Positions 45,087 through 55,201 of a DNA stretch of 64,000 nt are shown here, in pieces. Numbering within the stretch: position 1 is the first letter of the stretch; each line of letters begins with the position of its first letter. The DNA comes from an uncultured Chloroflexia bacterium. Its GTDB lineage: Bacteria > Chloroflexota > Limnocylindria > QHBO01. The translations under genes and the position numbers were made by a program. The stretch covers positions 12,162 through 76,161 of the forward strand of contig CAWCXQ010000003.1 in assembly GCA_963799675.1 (NCBI GenBank), in the 5' to 3' direction. The notes beneath the pieces are model-generated. The model made no database searches, was not told the DNA's origin, and saw nothing but the letters and a program-made list of their open reading frames with translations.

Positions 45087-45495
45087 TCAGCCCGCCGGCT
45101 GGGGCTGGGTACAGTTCGGGCAGCGGCGAGCCACCAGCGGGATCTCGCTGGCGCACTCGGTGCAGGTCTTGGTGGTCGGCGTCTCCTCGGTCCCGCGCTG
45201 GCGCCGCGCCTCCAGCGCGTTGATCGGCCTCACCACGAAGAAGAAGATCGCCGCGGCGACGAGGATGAAGGCGACCAGGGCGTTGAGGAAGAGGCCGACC
45301 TCGAGGACCGCGCCGCCCGGCGTGGTGATCGCCGAGCTGGCTGAAATCGGGCACGCCGATGAGCCCCAGCAGCGGGGTCAGGATGTTCGCCGTGAACGAG
45401 GTGATGAGCGCACCAAATGCGGCGCCGATGACCACTGCCACGGCCAGGTCGACGACGTTGCCGCGCAGCAAGAACTCGCGAAACTCCTTCAGCAT
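45087..45495 (-). pseudogene. mscL: large-conductance mechanosensitive channel MscL with C-terminal CxxC..CxxC extension, one frameshift
   Basis: [47 protein letters not shown].. is followed after a shift near 45330 by [80 protein letters not shown]-stop (own translation). Confidence 0.85.
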
Positions 45496-45555
45496 CTCCG
45501 CCTCCCGGGGTGTGGCTCAACCCCGCGAGTATAGGTCGGTACACTCACCGGACCG

Positions 45556-46344
45556 ATGCGCCTGGCCACCTGGAACGTCAACTCGCTCAAGGCTCGGCTG
45601 CCCCGCGTCCTGGACTGGCTCGCTTCCGCCCAGCCCGACGTCCTCTGCATGCAGGAGACGAAGCTGACCGATGAGGCCGTGCCGACGCTCGCCTTCCGCG
45701 AGCTCGGCTACGAGGTGATCCACCATGGCCTGGGGCGCTGGAACGGCGTCGCCATCGCATCGAGGATCGGAGCGACCGAGGTCGTGGCCGGGATCGGTCC
45801 TGCGCCGGACGGCTGGACGACGATGGCGGTCGCCTCGTCGCCGCCACCTGCGGCGACGTCCGCGTGGTCAGCATCTACGTCCCCAACGGGCGGGTCGTGG
45901 GCAGCGAGTTCTACGCGGACAAGCTGGCATGGCTCGATCGGCTGGCGGGGTGGGTGGCCGTCGCCGCCGATCTTTCGCAGCCATTCGCGCTGTGCGGCGA
46001 CTTCAACGTCGCCCCCGAAGCCATCGACGTGTGGGACCCCGTCGCGGCGCACGGCGGCACACACGTCTCGGCACCCGAGCGTGAGCGAGTGGCGCTGCTG
46101 CGCGAGCACGGCCTGGTCGACATCGTCCGACAGTTCATCCCGAGGAGGGGTACTTCACGTGGTGGGACTACCGCGCGGGCCACTTTCACAAGAACTTCGG
46201 GATGCGGATCGATCACGTCTACGTCACGCCGCCGCTCGCCGCGCGGGCCGTCGCCGCGGAGCGCGATCGCGACGCGCGCAAGCCGTCCTCGTTCGAGGGG
46301 ATCCCGTCAGACCATGCGCCGCTGGTGGTCGATTTTCGGACTAG
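45556..46344 (+). pseudogene. xthA: exodeoxyribonuclease III, at least two frameshifts
   Basis: The pieces read MRLATWNVNSLKARLPRVLDWLASAQPDVLCMQETK.., ..VSIYVPNGRVVGSEFYADKLAWLDRL...FALCGDFNVAPEAIDVWDP.., and ..MRIDHVYVTPPLA...PSDHAPLVVDF. They lie in ORFs 45556.., 45864.. and 46202... The exact stop is unresolved. Confidence 0.85.
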
Positions 46345-47585
46345 GCGAGGCGGCGCAGCGCAGCGGCGACCTCGCGGCCGACGCGCGTTCGGGGCCAGCT
46401 GACCTGCTCCGCGCCGACGAAGGTCCGATACGCCTCGACCGCATCGCGCAGGGCGGGAATGAACTCCGGGTCCTCCATCGGCGAGAAATGCGGCTCGAAC
46501 CAGACGCCCAGGATCGCCAGCTTCTTCGTCTTTCGGTCGATCCGCGGCTCGATGCGGCCGACGAGCCGCGCGCCGAAGAGGAGCGGAAGGACGTAGTAGC
46601 CCCACTTCCGCCTGGGCTCCGGCACATACACCTCCCACAGGTAGTCGAAGTCCCACAGCGCCCGTAGCAGGCGTCGATCCCAGACCAGCGGGTCGAGCGG
46701 TGCGAGGAAGGTCACCCCCGGCGTGCCGAGCGAGCCGCGGTCCGCGGGTAGCGTCGAGGATCGTCCGCTCGGCCGCAACGATGTAGCGCGGTCCCTTGAG
46801 CGTTTCGACCTCGATCGGCAGCAGCTCGCCCTCCGAAACGAGGCGCTCGGTGCGCCTGACACGCTCAGCCGTGGTGCCGGCGCTGTACATCACCTCGGCC
46901 TGCGTGCCGACCGGCGTGGTCATGCCGGTGGCGCGGAAGCGGCTGAGCAGCGCGCCGCGTCATTCCGTCTTCCTCCGACTCACGGAGCTTCAGCAGCTCG
47001 GCGGGAACCAGCCGCTCCATGAGGTCGTAGTAGCGCCGATTGCCCTCGCGCCGCGAGATGCCGATCCGCCCGCCAACGAACAGGGCCTCCATCACGGCGC
47101 GCGACGCGCGCGGTCGGGGCCCACCACCAGTCGACGGCGTGACCGTGCTCGCTGAAGGCGGCGGTGGAGAGCGGCCCATCGGTCTCGAGACGGCGGAGGA
47201 TCGCCTCGGCCACGTCGGCCTGCTCCTTCAGGATCCCGTTCTGGACCTGCGAGCCCCAGCGCTCCCAGGTGACCCGGTAATGCGGCAGCTCGTGCAGGGG
47301 CACCATGTTCAGGCTCTTGTTGTAGAGCTCGATCAAGCGGCGATCGGGGCCGTACAGCCATTGCTCGCACCACGTGCGCCGATAGCCGGCGATTCGCGCG
47401 TGCAGCACGAGGTCGTGGTTCCTCGCACCGGGAACTTCGAGCGGATCGAACTGCAGGCTGCCCAGCCGTTCGACGACCTCGAGCACCGATTCCGGCGCTG
47501 CCGGCAGCGCGCGTGGCGGCGCGATCAGGTGACGGCGGACGAGGAAGCGGCGAGCATGCTCGGCGGAGATGTGCAGGGGCGGCAT
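46341..47585 (-). pseudogene. winged-helix DNA-binding domain protein (YcaQ/AlkZ-like DNA glycosylase family), several frameshifts
   Basis: The pieces read MPPLHISAEHARRFLVRRHLIAPP...VVERLGSLQFDPLEVPGARNHDLVLHARI.. (ORF 46980..47585) and ..FLAPLDPLVWDRRLLRALWDFDYLWEVYVPEPRRKWGYYVLPLLFGARLVGRIEPRIDRKTKKL.. (ORF 46341..46862). Confidence 0.75.
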
Positions 47586-47613
47586 CGGGCCGGCATCCTA
47601 ACCGAAGCAAATG

Positions 47614-47640
47614 CTGGCACTCTACGGTCGAGAGTGCTAT
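47614..47640. promoter_or_regulatory. CIRCE operator (HrcA binding site) upstream of dnaJ
   Basis: The site is cTgGCACTC-tacggtcga-GAGTGCTAt, against the consensus TTAGCACTC-N9-GAGTGCTAA. It has 3 mismatches and the correct 9-nt spacer, and lies 20 nt upstream of the dnaJ ATG. Confidence 0.75.
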
Positions 47641-47642
47641 TT

Positions 47643-47650
47643 GCTAGAAT
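47643..47650 (+). promoter_or_regulatory. candidate extended -10 element (TGcTAGAAT) for dnaJ
   Basis: TGCTAGAAT ends 9 nt before the ATG at 47660, which would give a leaderless or near-leaderless mRNA. No clear -35 is present, because CIRCE occupies that position. Confidence 0.35.
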
Positions 47651-47659
47651 CCCGCCCCG

Positions 47660-48782
47660 ATGGCCGTGAAGCGTGACTACTACGACGTCCTGGGCGTGCC
47701 GCGCGAGGCGAGCGACGAGCAGATCAAGCGCGCTTTCCGAAAGCTGGCGCAGCAGCACCACCCCGACGTCGACACCAGCGACGGCGCCGACCTGCGCTTC
47801 AAGGAGCTCAACGAGGCGTACCGCGTCCTCTCCGATCGGCAGCGGCGCACGGCCTACGACATGTTCGGCCACGCAGGCGTGGAGGGGCGGAGGCGGGTTC
47901 GAGGGCTTCGGCGGAGGATTCGGGCCGTTTGGCGACATCTTCGACGCCTTCTTCGGCGGCTCGCCAGCGGGGTCGCGCCGCCGGTCCAGAGTGGTGGCGG
48001 GCTCAGACCTTCGCTACAACCTCTCGATCGACTTCGCAGAGGCCGTCTTCGGGGTCACGCGCGAGATCGTCTTCCCGACCCTCGTGCGCTGCCCGGTCTG
48101 CGACGGCGCGGGCGGGGAGCCCGGAACGGAGCCGGAGCGCTGCCCCGAATGCAACGGCAGCGGCGAGCGGCGCCGGGTCGCGCAGACGATCCTCGGTCAG
48201 ATGGTGAACATCGTCGCCTGTCCGCGCTGCAATGGCGAGGGCCAGATCCAATCCGCGCCCTGCCATGAATGCGAGGGCGACGGGAGGATTCGGGAAGAGC
48301 GGCGTCTGCAGGTCAACGTGCCAGCCGGGATCGACGACGGCCAGCGGATCGCAATCGAGGGCCAGGGCGAGGCGGGACCGCGCGGCGGGCCGGCCGGCGA
48401 CCTGTACGTCGTCGTCGGCGTGGGCGAGCATCCCGCGCTCCAGCGCCGCGGTACCGAGCTCTTCCACGAGCTGGCGGTCACCTTCCCGCAGGCCGCGCTG
48501 GGCGCGACTCTGACGGTGCCGACGGTCGAGGGCAGCGAGGAGGTCGAGGTCCGCCCGGGCACCCAGAGCGGAAACGAGATCCGGCTCCGCGGGAAGGGCG
48601 TGCCACGCCTGCGCGGGAGCGGGCGTGGGGACCTGCACGTCATCGTAAACGTGGTGGTGCCTGCGAAGGTCTCCAGGCGCGAGCGCGAGCTCCTCGAGCA
48701 GCTCGGCGAGGTTGCTGCCCCGGCCCAGCTGCCGAAGGGCGGGACTGGCTTCATGGATCGCATCCGCGATCTCTTCTCCTAG
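47660..48782 (+). pseudogene. dnaJ: molecular chaperone DnaJ, one frameshift
   Basis: The J domain [37 protein letters not shown] is in ORF 47660... After a shift near 47883 come the G/F region and four CxxCxGxG motifs ([32 protein letters not shown]) in ORF 47673..48782. Confidence 0.9.
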
Positions 48783-48785
48783 CGC

Positions 48786-49692
48786 GTGCGCTGGCTCGCT
48801 CTCACGGTCGAGGCGGACGTCGAGGCGATCGAGGCGGTCTCCGAGGTCTTCGGCCGGCTGGGCCGAGGGGCTGCGGTGCGGCCCACCCGCCTCCTCCACG
48901 ACGCGAACGACGAGCTCTCCGCACGCGAGGACACGACTGCACCGTACGAGCTGACGGTGCACATTCCCGACGACGACGGAGCCGCCGCGGCAGTCGAGGA
49001 AACGGAACGCGCCCTCTGGCATCTCCAGGCGTTCGGCCTCCGCCCCGTTGGCGGCCTGCAGGTGACCGCGGTGGAGGACTCGGACTGGACCGATGCGTGG
49101 AGGGCCGGCTACAGCCCGCAGCGCATCGGTCGGATCGTCGTCCTTCCTTCCTGGCTGGATGAGCCCGATCCGACCTGGCGAGCTGCTGCTGCGACTGGAT
49201 CCGGGCATGGCATTCGGAACCGGCCTGCACCCGACCACCCGGAGCTGCCTCCGCCTGCTGCAACAGGTGCGGCCGATGCCCCGGTGCTGCTCGACGTCGG
49301 TTCGGGATCCGGGATCCTGTCACTGGCCGGCCTGCTGCTCGGCGCCGAGCGCGCGGTATGCCTCGATACCGATCCCGTGGCCGTCGAAGCGACGCGCTGC
49401 CAATGCCCACGCCAACGGGCTCGGCGACCGCGTCGATGCGCGCGCGGGGAGCCTCCCTGCGCAGGCCACCGAACGCTTTCCGCTGGTCGTGGCCAATCTC
49501 GTGGCGAGCGTCCTCGTCGAGCTGGCGCCCCGCCTCGCCGCGCATGCGGAGAGTGGCGCCACCCTCGTTGCCAGCGGCATCATCGACCATAGGGCCGGCG
49601 AGGTGATCGCCGCATTCGAGCGCGTCGGGCTCCTCGTGCGGGAGCGGATCGACGACGACGAGTGGGTCTCGCTCCGCGCGGAGCGCGCGTGA
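48786..49692 (+). pseudogene. prmA: ribosomal protein L11 methyltransferase, frameshifted
   Basis: The pieces read ..DSDWTDAWRAGYSPQRIGRIVVLPSW.., ..LDPGMAFGTGLHPTTRSCLRLL.., and ..VLLDVGSGSGILSLAG...DTDPVAVEATR.. They are spread over ORFs 48786..49592 and 49093..49692. Confidence 0.8.
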
Positions 49693-50364
49693 ACCGCTTC
49701 TTCGTCGACAGCCTCGCCGCGGACCGGATCCCGCTCCCGGCGGCAGTCGCCCACCAGGTTCGTCGCGTGCTGCGACTGAAGGACGGTGAGCAGGTCGTCC
49801 TGGTGGCCGCCGGCCGCGAGGCGCTCTGCCGCATCGACGGCGACGCCTGCGTGGTCGAGGAGCGACGCCCTTCAGCGGGCGAGGCGCGGCACCGGCTCAC
49901 GGTCTGCCAGGCGCTGCTGAAGGGCGACCATCTGGAGCAGGTGATCCAGCTGGGCACCGAGATCGGCGTCGCGCGCTTTCGGCTCTTTGTCAGCGCCCGG
50001 TGCATCGCCCGCGACCTGGGCGATCATCGGCTCGAGCGCCTGCGCGCGATCGCCCGCGAAGCGGCCGAGCAGTCGGAGCGCGGCATCATTCCGCCGGTCG
50101 ATGCGCCGGTTCCGCTGGCTGACGTGCTCGATCCGGGATCGGTCCTGCTGTACGAGCGGCATGCGGGTCAGCGCCTCTCGGCGATCGAGGCACCCGACCA
50201 GCGTCGTCATCGGTCCGGAGGGCGGCTTCACGCCCGATGAGGTCGCCGCCGCCGAGCGTGCAGGGGCGGTGCTCGCCGGCCTGGGGCCGCGAATCCTCCG
50301 ATCGCGCAGCGTGGCGGCGGCCGTTGCTGCCGTCGTCTTGTCGCGCAGCGGCGACTTCGCCTAG
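49689..50364 (+). pseudogene. rsmE: 16S rRNA (uracil1498-N3)-methyltransferase, one frameshift
   Basis: The GTG start overlaps the prmA stop (GTGA). The sequence VNRFFVDSL...LTVCQALLKGDHLEQVIQLGTEIGV.. is followed after a shift near 50200 by ..VVIGPEGGFTPDEVAAAERAGAVLAGLGPRILRS.. Confidence 0.8.
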
Positions 50365-50373
50365 CCTTGACCG

Positions 50374-50718
50374 ATGAACGCCGAATGCCTCTTCTGCCGG
50401 ATCGCCGCAGGTGAGATTCCGGCCGATGTCGTCCACAGCGACGAGGAGGTGATCGTCTTCCGCGACGTGAACCCGCAGGCACCGACCCACGTGCTGGCCA
50501 TTCCGCGACGCCATGTCGCATCGGCGCACGAGCTGGGGCCTGCAGATGGCGCGCTGCTGGGCGCCCTCTTCGGCGCGTTGCGCGCAACCGCCGATGCCGA
50601 AGGGCTCGGCGACGGCTACCGGATCGTGACCAACGTGGGGCCCGCCGCCGGCCAGAGCGTCGAGCGCCTGCACCTTCACCTGCTGGGCGGACGTCGCCTG
50701 ACCTGGCCGCCCGGATAG
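50374..50718 (+). CDS. histidine triad (HIT) nucleotide-binding protein
   Basis: Intact 114-aa ORF: CLFCRIAAGEIPA...NPQAPTHVLAIPRRH...RLHLHLLGG (HxHxHxx). Confidence 0.85.
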   Translation: MNAECLFCRIAAGEIPADVVHSDEEVIVFRDVNPQAPTHVLAIPRRHVASAHELGPADGALLGALFGALRATADAEGLGDGYRIVTNVGPAAGQSVERLHLHLLGGRRLTWPPG

Positions 50719-50733
50719 CGCTCCCGAACCGGA

Positions 50734-51168
50734 TCAGTCCTCGCCGCGGACCACCCACTCCTCGCGCCAGGCGGGAGCATCGAAGCGCGGTGCCCAGTAC
50801 ACCGTCTCGTGCCTGACGCGTCCGCCGCTGAGCTCCATGAGGTCGACGCACAGGTACGTGACTCCGTCGGGATACGCGACCTCCCACTCGCCGACCCAGA
50901 AATCCCCGTTGCCGGCAATGCGGGCCAGCGTGCCGCTGGGCGTGACCACGAATCGATCCTCGGTTCCGGCGATGCGCGTGATGCGTGATGTGGGGGCGCC
51001 GCCGGGGTAGTTGGAGATGATCTGGCGGTAGGCGTCTTCGTCGACCACCTGCTCCTTCGACTGTGGCCACTCCACCCGCCAGTCAGGGTGCCGCGCGGCC
51101 GCCTGGGCGCTCATGTCGAGCGCCACCGTCGCCTCGACGTAGCGCCGCACCACCTCTTCGTTGGTCAT
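50734..51168 (-). CDS. NTF2-like (SnoaL/ketosteroid-isomerase-like) superfamily protein
   Basis: 144 aa from MTNEEVVRRYVEATVALDMS.. in ORF 50734..51258. The call is by general fold pattern only. Confidence 0.45.
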   Translation of the reverse strand: MTNEEVVRRYVEATVALDMSAQAAARHPDWRVEWPQSKEQVVDEDAYRQIISNYPGGAPTSRITRIAGTEDRFVVTPSGTLARIAGNGDFWVGEWEVAYPDGVTYLCVDLMELSGGRVRHETVYWAPRFDAPAWREEWVVRGED

Positions 51169-51253
51169 CGTCAGCCGATCGCCTCGTTCGGTCCTAATCG
51201 CTGTCGGGATTGTCCCCCCGCTCCGCGGCGCGTCAAGGGCATCTTGGCGCCCG

Positions 51254-51280
51254 TTCAACGTTCTGGCGGCCTGTGGCGTC
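51254..51280 (+). promoter_or_regulatory. candidate ECF-type promoter (TTCAAC-N17-CGTC)
   Basis: AAC and CGTC are separated by 17 nt (ttcAACgttctggcggcctgtggCGTC), and the site ends 8 nt before the sigma-factor ATG. It was recognised by eye only. Confidence 0.3.
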
Positions 51281-51288
51281 GGTACGGT

Positions 51289-51841
51289 ATGACAGTGAGC
51301 CAGATGGCATTCGAGGGCAGCAGCGCGCGGGCGTCCGTCGACTCAGCTGACGTCGACCGCGCCGCGGTGACGGAGCTCGAGGCGGCACGCGGCCGCGAGC
51401 TGCGGGGTTACGCACGGCACCTGGGCTTGACCGAGGACGAGGCGGCGGACGCGGTGCAGGAGGTTCTCCTCCGGCTCTGGGTCACGCTCGACTCGGGCGT
51501 GTCGGTCGTCCAGCCGGAGGCCTGGGCCTTCAAGAGCCTGTATCGGCTCTGCATGGACGCGCACCGATGGCGCCGCCGGGCCCGTGGGCTCACCGACCGG
51601 CTGGGGCTGGGCCTCAGGGTGAGCACCCGGACTGATGCCACCGACCAGATCGCGGTCTGGACCGCGGCCGAGCGGCTGCCGGAGCGCCAGCGGCTCGCGC
51701 TCTATCCTGCGCTACCGCGCCGATCTGCCGTTCGACGAGATCGGCGAGATCCTGGGTGTGGCCGCCGTATCCGCACGCAGCCACGTCAGTCGCGCGCTCG
51801 CGACCCTGCGCGTCGCATTTCACGAGGAGGAAGACCGATGA
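51289..51841 (+). pseudogene. ECF (sigma-70 family) RNA polymerase sigma factor, one frameshift
   Basis: Region 2 is ..DEAADAVQEVLLRLWVTLDS...EAWAFKSLYRLCMDAHR.. in ORF 51088... Region 4 is ..ERQRLALY/LRYRADLPFDEIGEILGVAAVSARSHVSRALATLR.. in ORF 51635..51841. The shift is near 51704. Confidence 0.8.
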
Positions 51842-52610
51842 GCGACAAGCAGATCGAGCGGATCGAGCGCGAGCTCCGCAGCCCTGGGCCGCGCGAGTCC
51901 GCCGAGGGCGGTCGTCAGCTTCCCGGCGACGTTCGCCAGGCGCGGGTCCTCCTCGCGGAGATCGACCGCCGGCGAAATGCCGGGCGGGTGGTCGTGCGCG
52001 CCACGGCCGTTGGGCTGGTCGCCGCGGCAGCGGTCGCAGTTGCGATCGTGATCGGCGCGGTACCGCCACGTGGCATCGAGCCCGGCGCGAGCGCGACGCC
52101 GCAACCGACCGTCGCCACGACGCCCTCCGCCGCTGCGACGCCGGGCGGCAGCCAGGCAGCATCGGTCTGTGATCCCGCCAACCTCCAGGCGGTGGCCGAG
52201 CGCTGGGGCGCGGCGGCGGGGAGTCGGGGACCACGATCCATGTCACCGTGGTGAGCGGGCCGGACTGTGTCCTGCAGGGTCACCCCGGGGCGCGCATTCT
52301 CGCCGGCGACAGCTCGGTGGTGATCACCAGCAGCGATCGCGCGAACCGTGCAACCGGTCAGCCGTGGGCGGACCCCGGCGACCCGCCAATCGCCGTCACC
52401 AAGGGCGGCGCTGGCACAACCGTCAGCGTGGTGTGGAGCAACTGGTGCGCGGCATATCCAGCCGGACCGCAGCTTGATCTGCAGCTCAGGCTGGCAGTGG
52501 ACGGTCCGCAGATGCCGGTCGCGACCGCAGGCGGCGATGCGATCCCGGTCCCACCATGCAATGGCGCCGGCGAGCCGAGCAGCCTCGGCACCAACGCGTT
52601 TGGAAGCTGA
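51838..52610 (+). pseudogene. single-TM anti-sigma-like protein with extracytoplasmic DUF4232-type Cys domain, one frameshift
   Basis: There is an ATGA overlap with the sigma gene, and GGAGGA lies upstream. After MSDKQIERIEREL comes the TM VVVRATAVGLVAAAAVAVAIVIGAV. The extracytoplasmic part reads ..SVCDPANLQAVAERWGAAAGS/TTIHVTVVSGPDCVLQGHPGARIL...VVWSNWC...PPCNG.. Confidence 0.65.
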
Positions 52611-52782
52611 TCCTGCTCTAGGCGGCCCTCGGACGCTGGTTGACGGGGTAGTAGATAGCGCCCGCGAAGTTGCCGCTCAGGATCCTTCAACCGAACGTGC
52701 CTTGCGCCGCCAGCCTCGTACCTGGAGATATTCTCTGGGAGCGACCGAAGGATTCATCGCCCGCCGAGCGACTAACTTGCCG

Positions 52783-53334
52783 ATGACTATCCGAGCAGAT
52801 CTGAGCGGAGAGGCGGACAACCTGAACGCCATCGTGGCGGATCAGGCCGCCTTCCGAGTGTGGTACGAGCTCGCGCTGCCGCGCGTGTATCGATACCTGC
52901 TGGCCCGCTGTGGAGGTGACTCGGATCTCGCGGAGGAGCTGACGCAGCAGACCTTCGTTGAAGCCGTGCGACGACGGGCGAGCTTCGACGGCCGCTCCGA
53001 CGCGGTCACCTGGCTGTGTGGCATCGGCCGCCACAAGCTGATCGACCACTACCGTCGGGCCGGACGAGACAGCCAGCGTCAGCTCCGCATCGTCTCCGAG
53101 TGGTCCGCCGGACAGTCCCAAGCGTGGTCGCAGCACGCGCTGCAGTCCGGCGTGCAGTCGGCGCTGGCCGAGCTTCACGGCGAGCAGCGGATCGTGATGG
53201 TCCTTCGATACCTCGACCAGATGCCGGTCCGCGAGATCGCCACCACCATCGGTCGCTCCGAGAAGGCGACCGAGTCACTCCTCTCTCGAGCACGCGAAGC
53301 CTTCCGTAAGGCATACGGAGCCACTAACTCATGA
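52783..53334 (+). CDS. ECF RNA polymerase sigma factor
   Basis: Intact, 183 aa from MTIRADLSG inside ORF 52348..53334. Region 2 reads ..LAEELTQQTFVEAVRRRASF...TWLCGIGRHKLIDHYR.. Region 4 reads ..EQRIVMVLRYLDQMPVREIATTIGRSEKATESLLSRAREAF.. Confidence 0.85.
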   Translation: MTIRADLSGEADNLNAIVADQAAFRVWYELALPRVYRYLLARCGGDSDLAEELTQQTFVEAVRRRASFDGRSDAVTWLCGIGRHKLIDHYRRAGRDSQRQLRIVSEWSAGQSQAWSQHALQSGVQSALAELHGEQRIVMVLRYLDQMPVREIATTIGRSEKATESLLSRAREAFRKAYGATNS

Positions 53335-54804
53335 ACGACGACGAGCTGACCCGCATCTTCCGCTCGCTCGACGAGCCGGCCGAACCGCGTACGGCCTTCG
53401 CCGATACCCTCTTCGCCGACCTCGAGCGCATGACCTCCCGGGCCGTGGCTCGCCGGCAGTCGGTCGGATGGCTGCTTCTTGCCGCCACCCTGCTGCTCGT
53501 CGCGAGTTTGGGTGCCGCGCTGGCGGTCGGCAGCGGCCTCGTCAAGCTGCCATTCGTCGTGGCAGTCGCCTCTCCGACCCCGCTCGCCAAGCGCCTCGAC
53601 CGTGGAGAGCGTCACCCCCTCCCCCAGCGCGACCGGATCATCCACCCCGACCTCCTGTCAGCCACGCCTGCGCCGACGCCGAGCCCGGTCAGCGTGGCGA
53701 TGTCGAGCAGCGCCACGTTCAGCCTGCTGCCGACGGCTCAGCCCGCTGACTTCGTGTCTCACATCAGCTGCAACGGGTCGATCGGGCCTTCGGATCCCGT
53801 CGCGCTCGTTTACCTGCACGGGACGCCGGGTGTGGCGCTGCGTGACTACGCTGACCCCGGGAGCCCAAGGACTGCATGTACCGTCGGGGACTCCATCGCG
53901 CAGCTCATCGACATCGCGCAGCTGATCGACGCCCGCCACGTGGTGATCCGAGGCAACGGCCCTGTTTTCGCGGTGGTCGACCTTCCCGAGGTGCGGTACC
54001 ACTGGTTTGCGCTGCCACAGGAAGATTGTCCCAAAGGCATTCGCCTTCCCTGCCCAGCTGGCTCCCGCGCGGAGTTCCTCGCCGTCGCCCCGGGCCTCGA
54101 TCAGATCGCTTGGGAGAGCTCGAACACTGTCGGCGCGGAAAGAAAAGTACATCTCACCACGGCCGCTGGAGATCAGGTCGTCGCTGCGCTGCCGTCCATT
54201 ACCGGCGGCCGGTGTGGTGGTCCGGACGACTCCCAGCAAGCGGCGTACACCCATTCCGGGGCTGACCTCTACGTTCTCGATCAGGTGAACCATTCGCAGA
54301 ACGTCCTACTCGTGCTGGAAGGGACGAAACAGGTGCTCTCAATCGCGCCGCCTCCCGGCGCGCCTGGCCGCTGGGCGGCCACCCGGCCATGGCCGTTTGG
54401 TCGCCGGTCTCGGAGACTCTCTTCTACCGCCAGGACAGCGACATCTGGAAGTGGACGCCGGGCTCGGACCCTCAGCGCTATCTCCCCGGCGTTGCTTGGT
54501 TGTACCCGACCATCACCCCGGACGGAGGCCACCTCGCCTACGCGGTGCCGGCTCCCAATAGCGGGCACGACGTCTACCTCGTCGACCTCGCCCACGATGG
54601 GAGCCCTCAACTGATCGGTAAGGCTCGCAACCTGCCGGTCTTCCTGAACTCCAGCCAGCTCTGGTTCAAGTCGGAAGTCCAAAGGGGTGTCTGGGCCAGG
54701 CGGCAAAGCCGCTCGTCTACGACATCAATGACGGTTCCGAATCGCCCAGCATCATCGACTTGGTCCGCAACGTCTGGCCCGCCACCAGTTCGCAGAACTA
54801 CTGA
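53331..54804 (+). pseudogene. single-TM anti-sigma-like protein with TolB/PD40-like beta-propeller C-terminal region, frameshifted
   Basis: There is an ATGA overlap with the sigma gene. After MNDDELTRIFRSLDEP comes the TM VGWLLLAATLLLVASLGAALAV. The C-terminal pieces read ..MAVWSPVSETLFYRQDSDIWKWTPG...ITPDGGHLAYAVPAPNSGHDVYLVDL.. (ORF 54389..). Own translation of the tail gives ..LVYDINDGSESPSIIDLVRNVWPATSSQNY-stop at 54804. Confidence 0.6.
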
Positions 54805-54858
54805 CGTAACGCACGACTGCGGGTCCGCCCCAGCGCAACGGGGGCTCGGCAACGCTCG

Positions 54859-54887
54859 TTGACCCGCCTGGGGGCCGCTGCTAGACT
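54859..54887 (+). promoter_or_regulatory. sigma-70/SigA-type promoter for rpsU (TTGACC-N17-TAGACT)
   Basis: The -35 is TTGACC (54859-54864), the spacer is exactly 17 nt, and the -10 is TAGACT (54882-54887). It lies ~65 nt upstream of the rpsU start. Confidence 0.55.
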
Positions 54888-54953
54888 CCGCGGGCTTGTG
54901 TGCCGGGCGCAGGGTCACGGCACGATGACGAGAGCAGGAAGGAGGCGAGACGT

Positions 54954-55130
54954 TTGGCAGAAGTCCGCGTGGGCGAGAACGAGTCGTTCGAGAGCGCGCT
55001 GCGTCGCTTCAACAAGAAGATTCAGCAGTCCGGCATCCTGGCCGAAGCGCGACGCCGCGAGCACTACGAGAAGCCCAGCGTGAAGCGAAAGCGCAAGGAA
55101 GCCAAGAAGCGCAAGGCTGTCCGCGCGTAG
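54954..55130 (+). CDS. rpsU: 30S ribosomal protein S21 (TTG start)
   Basis: (M)[62 protein letters not shown] lies 9 nt upstream of the TTG at 54954. The longer ORF from 54900 is not S21-like. Confidence 0.9.
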   Translation: MAEVRVGENESFESALRRFNKKIQQSGILAEARRREHYEKPSVKRKRKEAKKRKAVRA

Positions 55131-55201
55131 GAACGCCAGACGCTCCCTCACAAAAAGGCGGAGACCAGACCAATGCCTTCCGCCCGCATGAATTGCCTGC
55201 C

